Shown here: one piece after another, positions 1 through 10,441 of the stretch
Position numbering within the stretch: the stretch's first letter is position 1
How the letters are laid out: every line of letters begins with the position of its first letter
NCBI GenBank assembly: GCA_963790025.1
Contig: CAWBMP010000004.1
Coordinates: forward strand, 352,001 to 416,000
From: Nitrospirota bacterium
GTDB lineage: Bacteria > Nitrospirota > Thermodesulfovibrionia > Thermodesulfovibrionales > Dissulfurispiraceae
Direction of reading: 5' to 3'
DNA length: 64,000 bases
Program-made: the position numbers and the translations under genes
Notes under the pieces: model-generated
Told to the model about the DNA's origin: nothing
Databases searched by the model: none
Seen by the model: the letters and a program-made list of their open reading frames with translations, nothing else

Positions 1-357
1 AAGACATATCCCGATACGCCCGGCGCATCGGCGTACGTTATACTTTACCAATATAAGGATGCCGTGGAAAGCGCCAAAACCTTCGATACAAAGGCCGTCA
101 TAGCAGCGCTTGAAGGACATAAGTATACCGGCTTGAAAGATGAGCAATATTGGAGACCCTGGGACCATCAGTCTGTCCAGACCGTTTACGCGGTTAAGTG
201 CAAACCTGCGGCAGAGATCAAGAAAGATAAATATCAAGAAGATTATTTCGAAATCATCAATACCATGAAAGGCGACGATGCCGCCATAGGCCAAAAAGAG
301 TGGGCCGATGTGAGGGCCAAGGTCGGCCTGCCTGCTTCTCTTGAGGAGGCCAAATAA
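1..357 (+). CDS. ABC transporter substrate-binding protein (branched-chain amino acid/periplasmic binding family), 5'-truncated by window edge
   Basis: Frame is open from base 1 (KTYPDTPGASAYVILYQYKDAVESAK...). The C-terminal pattern AVIAALEG...WRPWDHQSVQTVY resembles LivJ-like binding proteins. Confidence 0.65.
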   Translation, partial: KTYPDTPGASAYVILYQYKDAVESAKTFDTKAVIAALEGHKYTGLKDEQYWRPWDHQSVQTVYAVKCKPAAEIKKDKYQEDYFEIINTMKGDDAAIGQKEWADVRAKVGLPASLEEAK

Positions 358-365
358 GCAAAATC

Positions 366-456
366 CAAGGTAAAGGTAAAGATAAAGGTAGAGGTAAAGG
401 TAGAGGTAAAGATTTTATTCTTTGCTTTATCTGCCTTACTCTTTACCTTTTCCTTG
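366..456. repeat. Hexamer tandem-repeat hairpin ((A/G)AGGTA x8, then degenerate TACCTT units)
   Basis: aaggta aaggta aagata aaggta gaggta aaggta gaggta aagatt, followed by ...tgcctt actctt tacctt ttcctt g. Confidence 0.8.
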
Positions 457-472
457 TTTAGGAGAGGTAGAC

Positions 473-2941
473 ATGAGGATTGGAAGAAAGCTTAATTTGA
501 ATGCAGGCATTATACTCATCCTGATGATAGCCATAGGCGCTACCGCAGTAATCGGAATACAATTCATACAAAGCAAGGTATTTGAACTTACACAGAAGTC
601 CACGCCTTATCAGATAAGAGTGTTTAATCTGCAGAGGGCGCTGCAGGCGCACTCGGCAAATTTACTGAAGGCCGCAGCATCGGTCTCGATGGAAGAATTC
701 CAAAAGACTTCCGCTACCGCAAAGGAATCTCTCACTGAAGAGATACAGGCTGCGGAGGACGTATCCAAGTTAAGCGGCAAGGACACCTCTTCAAGCGACG
801 AAATTTCCGGTATAACAAAATCAATAATTCAGATAACAGAAAAGCGCCTGACACTGGAACAGGCCACAAATGCGGCGATGGAAACCATGAGAGGACATCT
901 TGTCGAGGCATCAAAGAGGTTAAATGCATTGGATGCCAATATAAGAAAGCTCCAGCAGGGTGCGACAGGAACGATGGTATCCAGCATCGATCGAACAGGC
1001 GCAGCGAACCAGCAGGCAATCAATTTCGCAATTATACGGGATGGATTGAAAGACCTTATGATCGGCGCCGCTCAACTGCCTGCCATAGAGGACCGGCGGT
1101 CTGCGTCTACGATAAAGAGCAATGCGGAAACAACGTCCGTTACTGTTCTTGCTGCAATCAAAGCTACGAAGTGGGCCGGTAAAACAGGGGAAGAGGTGGA
1201 AAAGAAATTCAGGCTGGCAAGCAATACGTTAGTTGAAGCAGGCAATGTCAAGCTGAAATACTTTTCGACTGAAGACGATTCGGTCAAAGAAAAGGCGGAC
1301 AAACTGGCCAAGGATGCCGGATATGAACTGTCCTACCTCCTGCCGTTCATTATAAAAGGGTTTGAAACAGCCAACGAGTCTCTTAAATCTAACAGTCATG
1401 AAATAACTAAGAGCATAGGTTCATTTTCAGAGTCTAATAATATATTGATTACAGCTTCAAACCTTATTTCGTTGAGCGGATCCATAGAGTCCAATATAAA
1501 CTACAGTTTGTCGGAAAAGAGCTCGGCGGATTTTGAAAAAACGATAACGATTATTGAAGGCGCCTTCGGTCAGGTGGATAAGACCGTTATGAAGTTGAGA
1601 GAACTGCTCGCAAAAGACAACATGGTCGAAGCCACCAGGATATATAAAGCCACGGCCGATTCCCTGATGGCGGTAAAACAAGGATTTTTAGGCAAAGAAG
1701 GTGTTGTAGAGAAAATGAGGGCTTCTCTGAAAAACATCGAAGAAGTAGCCAAATTGAATCAAAAGATGAAAGAAATCGTATCAAAACAAATAGAGGAAAC
1801 CAACAAGGAAGTAGTCACGGCCAAAACAAGCCAGGAAAGTGCCGTAGCCGCTGTAAAGGCAGCGGTTTCGACTACGGAAGGAGTAATCCTGATCATAGCC
1901 GCCATTGCTTTGGTCGCATCGTTGGCCCTGAACACAGTGATAACCCGCTCAATTACGAATCCTGTCAAAGAGCTCGAGAAAATGGCTGCGGGCTTCGGTG
2001 AAGGCGACTTCAGCATTCGCCTGGATGAATCAAGAAATGATGAGTTCGGAAATCTGGCGTTAAATTTTAATCAGGCGACAAAAAAACTGGGCGAGATCAC
2101 ATCAAAGTTGAAAGATTCGATCGTCAGATTGTCTGCGAACTCCCAAAAACTTTCAACCACGGCCGAAAGCCTTTATAGTGGGGCCATGGAGCAGGCGTCA
2201 CAGTCCGAGCAGTCGGCCACAGCGGTCACGCAGATAAGCCAAACAATAACAGACGTTGCCAAAAATGCGAGCGCTGCGGCCGGTACTTCAAAAGGCGCCT
2301 CTGATATAGCTACCCAGGGGAAGGACGTTGTTGACAGAACTGTCCGTGGAATGAACGAAATAGCAGATTCAGTAAAGGGGGCCTCCTCGACCATAGGACT
2401 GCTGAAGGAAAGTTCCGCCAAGATCGGAGATATAGTCGTGGTAATAAAGGATATATCCGACCAGACAAACCTCCTCGCCTTGAATGCAGCAATTGAGGCT
2501 GCGCGGGCAGGCGAGCAGGGACGCGGCTTTGCTGTGGTGGCAGATGAGGTCAGAAAACTTGCCGAACGCACCGGCATGGCTACACAGGAAATAGCCGATA
2601 TAATAAATGAAATACAGACTGACACTGAGAAATCTGTTTCAGCTATGGAAACTGCCCAGGTCAGGGTAGAGGAAGGGCTAAAACTTACAGGTGAGGCGAG
2701 CAATTCTCTTGAAGCGATAGTCGATGCCTCTACAAAGGGCGTGGATATGGCTCAACTGATAGCTACAGCAACCGAGGAACAGTCAGCTGCCGCAGAAGAG
2801 GTCTCCCATAGAGTAGAAGATATTGCGGATATAACAAAGAGATTAAAAAATTCTACTGCTGATATCAAGCAGGCTTCGGAGGAGCTCTCAACAGTTGCCG
2901 ATGAATTAAATCTCATGGCGTCGTGGTTTAAGTCCTCTTAA
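473..2941 (+). CDS. Methyl-accepting chemotaxis protein with a large periplasmic sensor domain
   Basis: Two TM segments, HAMP domain and [34 protein letters not shown]. Start moved to ATG 473, which follows the RBS GGAGAGG. Confidence 0.95.
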   Translation: MRIGRKLNLNAGIILILMIAIGATAVIGIQFIQSKVFELTQKSTPYQIRVFNLQRALQAHSANLLKAAASVSMEEFQKTSATAKESLTEEIQAAEDVSKLSGKDTSSSDEISGITKSIIQITEKRLTLEQATNAAMETMRGHLVEASKRLNALDANIRKLQQGATGTMVSSIDRTGAANQQAINFAIIRDGLKDLMIGAAQLPAIEDRRSASTIKSNAETTSVTVLAAIKATKWAGKTGEEVEKKFRLASNTLVEAGNVKLKYFSTEDDSVKEKADKLAKDAGYELSYLLPFIIKGFETANESLKSNSHEITKSIGSFSESNNILITASNLISLSGSIESNINYSLSEKSSADFEKTITIIEGAFGQVDKTVMKLRELLAKDNMVEATRIYKATADSLMAVKQGFLGKEGVVEKMRASLKNIEEVAKLNQKMKEIVSKQIEETNKEVVTAKTSQESAVAAVKAAVSTTEGVILIIAAIALVASLALNTVITRSITNPVKELEKMAAGFGEGDFSIRLDESRNDEFGNLALNFNQATKKLGEITSKLKDSIVRLSANSQKLSTTAESLYSGAMEQASQSEQSATAVTQISQTITDVAKNASAAAGTSKGASDIATQGKDVVDRTVRGMNEIADSVKGASSTIGLLKESSAKIGDIVVVIKDISDQTNLLALNAAIEAARAGEQGRGFAVVADEVRKLAERTGMATQEIADIINEIQTDTEKSVSAMETAQVRVEEGLKLTGEASNSLEAIVDASTKGVDMAQLIATATEEQSAAAEEVSHRVEDIADITKRLKNSTADIKQASEELSTVADELNLMASWFKSS

Positions 2942-3095
2942 GATGCCGGCGCATTTATTGCCGAATAGCGTGGAGGGAAAGTCAGCCTTGCCCATCATCT
3001 CGGATTTTTTAGGGTTTGATTTTTGGGAATATTTTGTGTGTTAATAGAAATGACAGGGCGCGTCATTCTAAACCGTACCTGATCTGGAGGGAACT

Positions 3096-3299
3096 ATGCT
3101 TAGCATGCAGGATTCTTTGGTAATACTGGCGATCGTACTTGTTATCTTCGGGGGAAAAAGGTTACCCGAAATAGCAAATGGAATGGGAAAGGCCATAAAA
3201 GGTTTTAAAAAGGAGATCAACAGGCCGGATGAAATAGAAATAACTCCTCAAAAAGATGATACCGCCAATAAAGAGAGCGAAAAACAGAACGCGAAATAA
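3096..3299 (+). CDS. tatA: Twin-arginine translocase subunit TatA/E
   Basis: TM helix followed by FGGKRLPE...GKAIKGFKK; RBS GGAGG. Confidence 0.9.
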   Translation: MLSMQDSLVILAIVLVIFGGKRLPEIANGMGKAIKGFKKEINRPDEIEITPQKDDTANKESEKQNAK

Positions 3300-3321
3300 A
3301 ACGGATAGCCGCAATGGACTA

Positions 3322-3879
3322 TTATTCCCCTCCCACTTGTAGGCCATGCTGTTCAGGCGGATTCTCATTCTGGTTCTCGCAAATTGCCCTATGCAAGGCT
3401 TCGGTATCAGACTCGGGCAGTATCGACTTCCAGTCCATAAACTGGGCCTCTTTCTCAAATGAACCTAACAGATCACCGTCTTTACTGTAGTCGGCTTCCG
3501 AAACCAGGCGGTACTTTTTCTCTTGGCAATTCAGTTCCTTCCGGGCCAGCGTATATTCGTAGCGATCGTAACCCTTAGTCGTAAATCCCTGCTTCTTTTG
3601 TTCCTGCACCTGCCATTCACGGCCCCTAACATCTTTTATGATACGCTTTGTCCAAACACTGGCAATGTTTATTTTGGCCATCTCAAGTTTTAAAACATTA
3701 AAAATGGTCTTATAGGGGTATTTGACAGTTTTAGCATCATAATAATAGGAAAAATACTGGTCCCCCGCATACTGCTTCCAGTCCGCCGCGCCAGCAGCGG
3801 CACTGCACAAGATACCGGCCATCAATATTACCGCAATACAGGTTTTAGCGCCCGCGGACAGACTTTTTTTATTTGGCAT
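3322..3879 (-). CDS. Exported protein, surface-adhesin E-like family
   Basis: Signal peptide (AGA-ADW), YYYD, VW, ELNC..K, W..I.P.S..E.L...IC pattern; RBS GGAGG. Confidence 0.6.
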   Translation of the reverse strand: MPNKKSLSAGAKTCIAVILMAGILCSAAAGAADWKQYAGDQYFSYYYDAKTVKYPYKTIFNVLKLEMAKINIASVWTKRIIKDVRGREWQVQEQKKQGFTTKGYDRYEYTLARKELNCQEKKYRLVSEADYSKDGDLLGSFEKEAQFMDWKSILPESDTEALHRAICENQNENPPEQHGLQVGGE

Positions 3880-4012
3880 AGCTCCTTCACCTCCTATCAG
3901 CAGTCCCGGACGAATAATGCCCAGGTCAGAACACTCTATTATACCTCACACCCAAAAGAAAAAACCCTTATCCCTGATTTTTATCACTCATTTTATTGTG
4001 CTATAATTTCCG

Positions 4013-5239
4013 ATGCGTTTCATTGCCGACCTCCACATCCATTCAAAATACTCCCGCGCCACAAGCAGAAATCTGGAACCGGAATCACTCTGGAGATGGG
4101 CGCAGCTCAAGGGGATTACGGTTATAGGTACCGGAGATTTTACACATCCGCTGTGGATCAAAGAGCTGGTTGATAAACTGGAGCCTTGCGGCAGCGGCCT
4201 TTTCAGGCTCAGGGACGAACTGCATAAAGGAGACGTGCCGGACCTGTGTAAAGCAGAGGTTTTTTTCATGCTCACTGCAGAGATAAGCTGCATTTATAGC
4301 AAGAATAACAGGGTGCGCAAAATCCATGCTATTGTGCTTGTGCCTTCTTTTGATGATGCCGAAAAGATAAGCCGTTCGTTATCCAGGATAGGCAATCTCA
4401 AAGCCGACGGCAGGCCCATATTGGGACTTGATGCAAAGGCGCTCCTCGATATAGTTTTACATGAGTCTCCGGAAGGCATGCTGGTCCCGGCGCATGCATG
4501 GACGCCCCATTTCTCTGTTTTTGGCGCAAATTCGGGATTCGATTCCCTTGAAGAATGTTTCGAAGAATTAACGCCGCATATATGGGCCATTGAGACCGGG
4601 CTTTCTTCAGACCCTCCAATGAACTGGCGTCTTTCAGCTCTTGACAACATTACTCTAATGTCAAACTCTGATGCCCATTCGCCCGCCAAGATAGGGCGGG
4701 AGGCGAACATCTTTGATAGTGAAGTCTCTTACACGTCCATGATCAATGCCCTGAAGACGCGAAAGGGCTTTGCCGGCACTGTCGAGTTCTTTCCGCAAGA
4801 GGGGAAGTATCACTATGACGGACACCGTGCATGCGGCGTGAGTTTTACCCCGGCAGAGACTGTCAAACATGCCTCTCTCTGCCCCGTGTGCGGTAAAAAA
4901 GTTACGGTCGGAGTGATGCACCGGGTGGAGGACCTGGCTGACAGGAAGGCTGGCTTCAGACCTGCAGGTTCGCCGCCGTACATTTCTGTTATCCCCCTGT
5001 CTGAAATTATATCTGAAGTGCTCAAGACCGGCATCAGCAGCAAGGCGGTGGAAAGGATTTATTTCGACCTTCTTTATAAGCTCGGCAGTGAGATTACTGT
5101 CCTGATGGATACGCCGCTGGAAGATATCGGGAACGCCGGGTCCCGAAAGCTGAAAGAGGCTGTTGCAAAGATGCGGACCGGTGATGTAAACATTGTACCC
5201 GGCTATGATGGCGAGTTCGGCAGGATAAAAATCCTTTAA
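4013..5239 (+). CDS. Endonuclease Q family (PHP-domain) protein
   Basis: ADLHIHSKYSRATS, GTGDFTHP, PAHAWTP, SNSDAHS, GKYHYDGHRAC, CPVCG, PGYDGEFG. Confidence 0.9.
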   Translation: MRFIADLHIHSKYSRATSRNLEPESLWRWAQLKGITVIGTGDFTHPLWIKELVDKLEPCGSGLFRLRDELHKGDVPDLCKAEVFFMLTAEISCIYSKNNRVRKIHAIVLVPSFDDAEKISRSLSRIGNLKADGRPILGLDAKALLDIVLHESPEGMLVPAHAWTPHFSVFGANSGFDSLEECFEELTPHIWAIETGLSSDPPMNWRLSALDNITLMSNSDAHSPAKIGREANIFDSEVSYTSMINALKTRKGFAGTVEFFPQEGKYHYDGHRACGVSFTPAETVKHASLCPVCGKKVTVGVMHRVEDLADRKAGFRPAGSPPYISVIPLSEIISEVLKTGISSKAVERIYFDLLYKLGSEITVLMDTPLEDIGNAGSRKLKEAVAKMRTGDVNIVPGYDGEFGRIKIL

Positions 5240-6009
5240 AAAAGCAGGCTGTTATCGTTCATTATCTCCTTTGCCAGAGTGATATAACCCTGTGCTCCCG
5301 TTGAATTCGGGGCATATAGGACAGCGGGCTTGCCATGACTCGGAGATTCCGCCAATATGACATTCCGGGGGATGACAGTGTCGTATACCTTTGATTTGAA
5401 CACTCTTCGCACTTCCTCGGAAATCTGACGTGATAGGGCGAGGTGCTTATTATACATGGTAAGTAATATGCCCTCGAGATCGAGCGATTCGTTAAAACTC
5501 CCGCGTACACGCCAGAGGAGTTTGATCAGGAGGCTTAACCCTTCCACCGCGAAATACTCGCACTGGACCGGGACAATGACGGACTCTGCCGCGACGAGGG
5601 CGTTGAGCGTAAGAAGACCGAAGGAGGGCGGACAGTCGATGAATATATACTGATACTTGTTTTTAAGAGGGTTTAAAATGTTCTTAAGGGTATTTTCACG
5701 TTTGTTTTTTTCAAGAAGTTCCATCTCAGCAGCGAACAGGTCCATCGAAGTGGGCAGAACGTGGAGATTGGGAATAAGCGTCTGCACAAGGGCGTCCTCC
5801 ACCTGGGACTTGCCGATATAGACCTCATAGAGGTCCCCCTTTATCTTGTCTTTTTTAATACCGAACCCACTGGTCAGGTTGCCCTGCGGATCGGAATCTA
5901 CTACAAGGATCGGCACCTCGGACAAGGCCAGCGATGAAGAAAGATTGAGCGCCGTCGTTGTCTTGCCTACGCCGCCCTTTTGGTTCGTTATGGCGATTAT
6001 CTTACCCAC
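5236..6009 (-). CDS. parA: ParA/Soj family ATPase
   Basis: NQKGGVGKTTT deviant Walker A, DPQGN, IDCPPS, PVQCEYF, IPRNV.LAESPSHG. Confidence 0.92.
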   Translation of the reverse strand: MGKIIAITNQKGGVGKTTTALNLSSSLALSEVPILVVDSDPQGNLTSGFGIKKDKIKGDLYEVYIGKSQVEDALVQTLIPNLHVLPTSMDLFAAEMELLEKNKRENTLKNILNPLKNKYQYIFIDCPPSFGLLTLNALVAAESVIVPVQCEYFAVEGLSLLIKLLWRVRGSFNESLDLEGILLTMYNKHLALSRQISEEVRRVFKSKVYDTVIPRNVILAESPSHGKPAVLYAPNSTGAQGYITLAKEIMNDNSLLF

Positions 6010-6060
6010 GTAAATCTATTGTATCTCTAGACCGGGTGCGGCTGCGAAATGCTGCTGTTG

Positions 6061-7629
6061 TTAATCCCAGTTCCGGCTGTTCAGTTCCGGCAGTTCAGGG
6101 TTCGTGTTTTGAAGACGATACTTTTTTATTTTATATCCTATCTGCCGTGGTGTAAGGCCGAGCAGCCTTGCGGCCTTTGCCTGAATCCAGCCGGTCCTCT
6201 TGAGGGCAGCAATGATTTTGGTCCTCTCAATGTCTTCTATTGCCGAGGGAAGCGCATCTTTCATCTGCATCGCATAACGGGCCTTTATCAACTGTTCCCT
6301 TATGTTCAGAGGAAGATCTGATTGGCTTATGACCGCCCCGCCGGACATGACTACCAACCGCTCTATCGTGTTTTCGAGTTCCCTGACGTTACCGGGCCAT
6401 TCATAATTAAGAAATGAATTAAGGGCCTCAGGTGTAATGACGACAGACTTCTGGTTGTCCTGATTATATTTCCTCAGGAAGTATTCCACAAGCAGCGGGA
6501 TATCCTCCCTTTTTTCACGGAGAGCGGGGAGGAAAACGGGGACCACGTTGAGGCGGTAATAAAGGTCTTCCCTGAATCTGTTATTCGAAACGAGTTCTTC
6601 AAGGTTCCTGCTCGTTGCGGCGATGAGCCTCACATCGACCTTGAATGTTTTTTCGCCGCCCACCCTCTCGAATTCTTTTTCCTGGAGCACCCTCAGTATC
6701 TTCGGCTGAAGACCGATCGGAAGGTCACCTATTTCATCGAGGAATATAGTGCCGCCGTCCGCCAGTTCAAACCGTCCCTTCCGTGCAGCCATTGCTCCGG
6801 TGAACGCCCCTTTCTCATGTCCGAACATTTCCGATTCAAGAAGCCCTTCAGGAATAGACGCGCAGTTGAACTTTATAAACGGCCCCTGTGCTCTGGCGCT
6901 CATGTAGTGTATTGCCTTTGCCATAAGCTCTTTCCCGGTGCCGCTTTCACCGCGCAGGAGCACATTTGCTTTTGACGGGGCCACTTTGTGGATGGATTCG
7001 AACACTTCCTGCATGCGGTCGGAATTGCCGATGATATTCTTTAAGGTGTATTTACCTTTTAACTGTTGTTTGAGGTCCTCTTTTTCCTCAAGGAACGCCT
7101 CACGCTCTTTCTCGATCTCCTGGTGGAGCCTCACCGATTGCGCGATCAAAGAGGCAATGATCTTCAGCAGCCTCACATCCTCTTCAAACGATATCCGGGT
7201 TGACCCAAAAAGCCTGTCGACGCTGAGAACGCCAAGCACGTAGTTCTTAAACTTTATTGGGACGCATAAAAAAGCGATATTTTCTTTCCGTATAGTTTGC
7301 CGCGCCCCGGTCCGGTTGAGAAAGAGCGGTTCTTCACCTATATTGGGGATAACGATAGGGGACCCGTGTTTTGCGACTTGTCCAATAATACCTTCTCCAA
7401 GCCTGTATCTTCCACGCTTGATTTCTTCCTCGGACATTCCGTAGGCCGCTATTATGGAGACTACACTATTGTCCCGAAGCGCAACTGTTCCGCGGTTCAT
7501 ATCAAGGTATTCCGAGAGCATTCTCATAACGCCCCTGAGGTTGGACCTGAGATTCAGAGAGGAGCCGAGAAGCTTGCTTATCTCATAGAGAGCAGTCATC
7601 TCCAGGGTCTTGTTATCATTACGGGCCAT
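6061..7629 (-). CDS. nifA: NifA-type sigma54-dependent activator (GAF-AAA+-HTH)
   Basis: GAF domain (GEGIIG), [14 protein letters not shown], and C-terminal [18 protein letters not shown], typical of the NifA subfamily. Confidence 0.75.
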   Translation of the reverse strand: MARNDNKTLEMTALYEISKLLGSSLNLRSNLRGVMRMLSEYLDMNRGTVALRDNSVVSIIAAYGMSEEEIKRGRYRLGEGIIGQVAKHGSPIVIPNIGEEPLFLNRTGARQTIRKENIAFLCVPIKFKNYVLGVLSVDRLFGSTRISFEEDVRLLKIIASLIAQSVRLHQEIEKEREAFLEEKEDLKQQLKGKYTLKNIIGNSDRMQEVFESIHKVAPSKANVLLRGESGTGKELMAKAIHYMSARAQGPFIKFNCASIPEGLLESEMFGHEKGAFTGAMAARKGRFELADGGTIFLDEIGDLPIGLQPKILRVLQEKEFERVGGEKTFKVDVRLIAATSRNLEELVSNNRFREDLYYRLNVVPVFLPALREKREDIPLLVEYFLRKYNQDNQKSVVITPEALNSFLNYEWPGNVRELENTIERLVVMSGGAVISQSDLPLNIREQLIKARYAMQMKDALPSAIEDIERTKIIAALKRTGWIQAKAARLLGLTPRQIGYKIKKYRLQNTNPELPELNSRNWD

Positions 7630-7778
7630 AAAGAACAGTTTACTAAAAATACTACAAAAATGTAAAGGTAGTTATTATATTGTCGCGGCAGTCTGAAGAT
7701 TAACTCTGGCAGCCACTACTGATGAGCCCGATGATCAAGAGCTAAAAAAAACCGGCCCACACCGGATTTGCAATAAAG

Positions 7779-7806
7779 TTGACATCATTGCATAATATTG
7801 TATATT
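7779..7806 (+). promoter_or_regulatory. Sigma70-type promoter of the tRNA pair
   Basis: TTGACA-N16-TATATT, ending 23 nt before tRNA-Gln. Confidence 0.7.
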
Positions 7807-7829
7807 TTAAAAAGCTAAGCTTGGAGCGT

Positions 7830-7903
7830 TGGGGAGTCGTCCAACGGCAGGACGACAGACTCTGGATCTGTTTATAGGGGTTCGAATCCTCTCTCCCCAG
7901 CCA
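7830..7903 (+). tRNA. tRNA-Gln(CTG)
   Basis: Acceptor stem TGGGGAG/CTCCCCA, anticodon arm ACAGA-CTCTGGA-TCTGT, GGTTCGAATCC, encoded CCA. Confidence 0.95.
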
Positions 7904-7905
7904 AA

Positions 7906-7963
7906 TAGCATTAAAGCGTTGAGCGTTATAGCGTTATGCCGTAACGCTCAATGTTTTACGCTA
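7906..7963. repeat. Imperfect hairpin made of 7-8-bp AGCGTTA units in the tRNA spacer
   Basis: tagcatta aagcgttg agcgtta tagcgtta ... taacgct caatgttt tacgcta. Confidence 0.7.
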
Positions 7964-7974
7964 AGAAACAAAAT

Positions 7975-8050
7975 GGTCCCATCGTCTAGAGGCCTAGGAC
8001 GTGGCCCTCTCAAGGCTAAAACACGGGTTCGAATCCCGTTGGGACCGCCA
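7975..8050 (+). tRNA. tRNA-Glu(CTC)
   Basis: GGTCCCA/TGGGACC stem, anticodon arm TGGCC-CTCTCAA-GGCTA, GGTTCGAATCCC, CCA. Confidence 0.95.
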
Positions 8051-8051
8051 A
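8007..8051 (+). repeat. att site, tRNA-proximal copy (3' half of tRNA-Glu)
   Basis: ctctcaaggctaaaacacgggttcgaatcccgttgggaccgccaa, starting at the 7-nt anticodon loop. Confidence 0.93.
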
Positions 8052-8084
8052 TTTTTCAATGAGTTACAAAACTACCGAAAGCCA

Positions 8085-8107
8085 GCGTGCTAATTTCGTG
8101 CTAATTT
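8085..8107 (+). repeat. Putative integrase arm-type sites (tandem CGTGCTAATTT)
   Basis: gcgtgctaatttcgtgcta recurs exactly at 17378-17396. Confidence 0.75.
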
Positions 8108-8143
8108 AAGGCTAAAACACATAGAATGTACTTTTTATATTTT

Positions 8144-9265
8144 TTAGGATTCACCCTGATCACGCTTTCCATCTGACATTTTCTTTAGTTTCCTATCCAA
8201 TATCGAGAGTGGCTGACGTAAAGCCTCCATATTGAGATGGGCATACCTCAATGTCATGCGCAGATCCTTATATCCCAGCAACGCAGCTATAAGCGACAGT
8301 TCGACATGTCCTTGTCGCAAATAAGAGGCAAAGCAGTGCCGCAAGTCATGAAATCGGAAATCATCGATCTCGGCATCTTGAATCACTTTTCTGAAAGCTC
8401 GCTGAACAGTCCTTGCCGTCAGTTGTTTATTGTTGTAATTAAAAACGTAAGGACTGTCTCTCTTGTCGCTTTCAATTATTTCTTTTAAAGCTTCAAAAGC
8501 TGACATCGAAAGCGGATTACCAAAGTTCTCATTGTTTTTCATTTTTCTGCTGGTTATTGCAATTGTCTTATCGGCAAGATTCACTTCGCTTTTCCGTAGA
8601 TTTATGAGGTTTCCCTCTCGCAAACCTGTGCATATAGCTACATTCACCATATATCTTAACCAAGGCTCTGCATTGTCCAGTCGCACAAATAGTTTTGTAA
8701 ATTCTTCTTGTGTAAGATACCTAACTCCAAGTGGTGAGTCTTCCGGAAGTTCGATGCTGGAGACTGGATTGGCGACGTTCCATTTCCATTGTTTACGGGC
8801 AACATTGAACATTCTACGAAGCAGAGTTAGTTCTTTTCTGATAGTACCGCTCTTGGGGGGCACTTGCCTTTTGGTGACCTGCCCTTCCCTCCACGCCTGA
8901 TAGTTTCCGACTTGTTTGCAGACAAGTTTAAGGGATGCATTTTCACCAAAGAACGCATATAGATGTTTAAAAATAGTTTTGTCACGCTTCTTCTGATAAT
9001 ATTCTTTCTTTTCGGTATACAGCTTATCATAACGTGAAATCATATCTTTAAGTTTTATACGACCGCTTTGTTCTAAATCGAACCATTTTTCCTCGGTGAC
9101 CAGAGTTTTGGTTTTCATCAAAATCTTTTTTGCCAGGTCACCAGTACCAGTTGACTGCCGCACCTGAATGCCGCCCACAGTAAATCGCATGTGATAAATT
9201 CCATTCCTCAAAAAGAGTCCCCTTATCATGATGTTGCTCATCTTATCCTTTTCTGTTCTGCTCAT
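8144..9265 (-). CDS. int: Tyrosine recombinase/integrase
   Basis: N-terminal arm-binding-like region (Y..RF...G...RQSTGT), TGLREGNL, FHDLRH, MTLRYAH. Confidence 0.93.
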   Translation of the reverse strand: MSRTEKDKMSNIMIRGLFLRNGIYHMRFTVGGIQVRQSTGTGDLAKKILMKTKTLVTEEKWFDLEQSGRIKLKDMISRYDKLYTEKKEYYQKKRDKTIFKHLYAFFGENASLKLVCKQVGNYQAWREGQVTKRQVPPKSGTIRKELTLLRRMFNVARKQWKWNVANPVSSIELPEDSPLGVRYLTQEEFTKLFVRLDNAEPWLRYMVNVAICTGLREGNLINLRKSEVNLADKTIAITSRKMKNNENFGNPLSMSAFEALKEIIESDKRDSPYVFNYNNKQLTARTVQRAFRKVIQDAEIDDFRFHDLRHCFASYLRQGHVELSLIAALLGYKDLRMTLRYAHLNMEALRQPLSILDRKLKKMSDGKRDQGES

Positions 9266-9593
9266 TTTTTTCTGACAGGCTCTTTAACAAAACTTTCAAA
9301 TTATCATCGAGAGAATGACTCAGAACTATAATCCGAATCCAGTCTATCTATCTGTTTTAGCAGTACATTTAGCCAAAAACATTTAGTTATTGTCTTAGCT
9401 CAGAAAAGGCTAATACAAGGAAGGCCACTTATGATAAAGGCAGGTTATGCAAGCAATAGTGATACAAAATATTACTTACTAATAACAAAGATTGTCTGAT
9501 GAAAGTATCGCACTCATTTTTTTTGATTAATTTATAAATCTGCGGCTTGAAAATATCCAATTCATACTCACCTTTGATTCCATTATTTGTCCT

Positions 9594-9622
9594 ATGACTA
9601 TCGACTACCATTGAGCTATAAT
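9594..9622 (+). promoter_or_regulatory. Putative sigma70 promoter of the island cargo operon
   Basis: ATGACT-N17-TATAAT; RBS AAGGAGG before ATG 9654. Confidence 0.55.
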
Positions 9623-9653
9623 ATTGTAGTTTTTAGATAAAGGAGGCAATTTC

Positions 9654-9956
9654 ATGAGTATTCAGAGCAACATAGTTGAGGCAATAAGGTCTAAACGAAA
9701 ACTCGAATTGAACTATAAGAATGAAGGTCTAAGATTGGTATTGCCTCATGCGATTTATATAAGCACTACGGGGAAAACACTTGTTGATGCATATCAAACA
9801 TCAGGATATTCTACTCATTTAGAAAAAATACCAGACTGGAGACAATTTGATGTGGCTAAAATTAGTAATATTACAGTGTTAGAGGAAACTTTTAACATTG
9901 CATCGGGATATAATCCATCGTCTGATAGGTATTCAAATGCAATTTCAAAAGTCTGA
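9654..9956 (+). CDS. Stand-alone WYL-domain protein
   Basis: AI..KR.LELNY....R.V.PH......G..LVDAYQ..G......WRQF.V.KI, a WYL signature; no HTH. Confidence 0.7.
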   Translation: MSIQSNIVEAIRSKRKLELNYKNEGLRLVLPHAIYISTTGKTLVDAYQTSGYSTHLEKIPDWRQFDVAKISNITVLEETFNIASGYNPSSDRYSNAISKV

Positions 9957-9973
9957 GAGACAACCGAAGCCCC

Positions 9974-10441
9974 ATGCAAAATTATAAAATTCACTTTGAC
10001 AGCTATCAAGATTTTGAATTGCGAAATGTCAAACAGCTAATGGGGGTATGTGGGCTTTATTTTATTTTCCTAAAGAAGACAGTAATACCATATCCATTTG
10101 CAAAATCAAGATTAATCTACATAGGCATGAGTGAAAAGAAAACGAATAGCATAGGCAAAAGACTTTCAGACCATTTTGATGGCATATCAGGGAATGAAGG
10201 GCTGCTCAATTACAAAAAGACAGAAGGGCTATTTTTTACTTATTTGAATTTTGAAATTCTAAAACGACTTTGGACTTATCGTATTGAGGATTTAGAGAGC
10301 TATTTTATTCTTGATTTCCTCAAGCATTATGGGGTATACCCTATCTGTAACAATAAAAGTGGTTTTGAAATTAAGAAATATGATTTGCCAATAACTTTAA
10401 CAATCGATTGGAACTATTTTGGACAGGTGCAAGATAAATGA
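9974..10441 (+). CDS. GIY-YIG family nuclease
   Basis: GLY...IYIGMS...KRL..H...DLE...PICN, with the conserved R, E and N present. Confidence 0.75.
   Translation: MQNYKIHFDSYQDFELRNVKQLMGVCGLYFIFLKKTVIPYPFAKSRLIYIGMSEKKTNSIGKRLSDHFDGISGNEGLLNYKKTEGLFFTYLNFEILKRLWTYRIEDLESYFILDFLKHYGVYPICNNKSGFEIKKYDLPITLTIDWNYFGQVQDK

Noticed and set aside
422..472. N-terminal extension of the MCP (TTG start 422)
   Set aside because: It is translated repeat sequence; ATG 473 has a proper RBS.
7685..7750. CTGATGAG suggesting a hammerhead ribozyme or fluoride riboswitch
   Set aside because: There is no GAAA after stem II (it reads GAGCTAAA), and I could not build stems I and III or the riboswitch 5' GATGG pairing.
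7829..8062. 77-aa ORF in the track
   Set aside because: It overlaps the two tRNA genes and is spurious.
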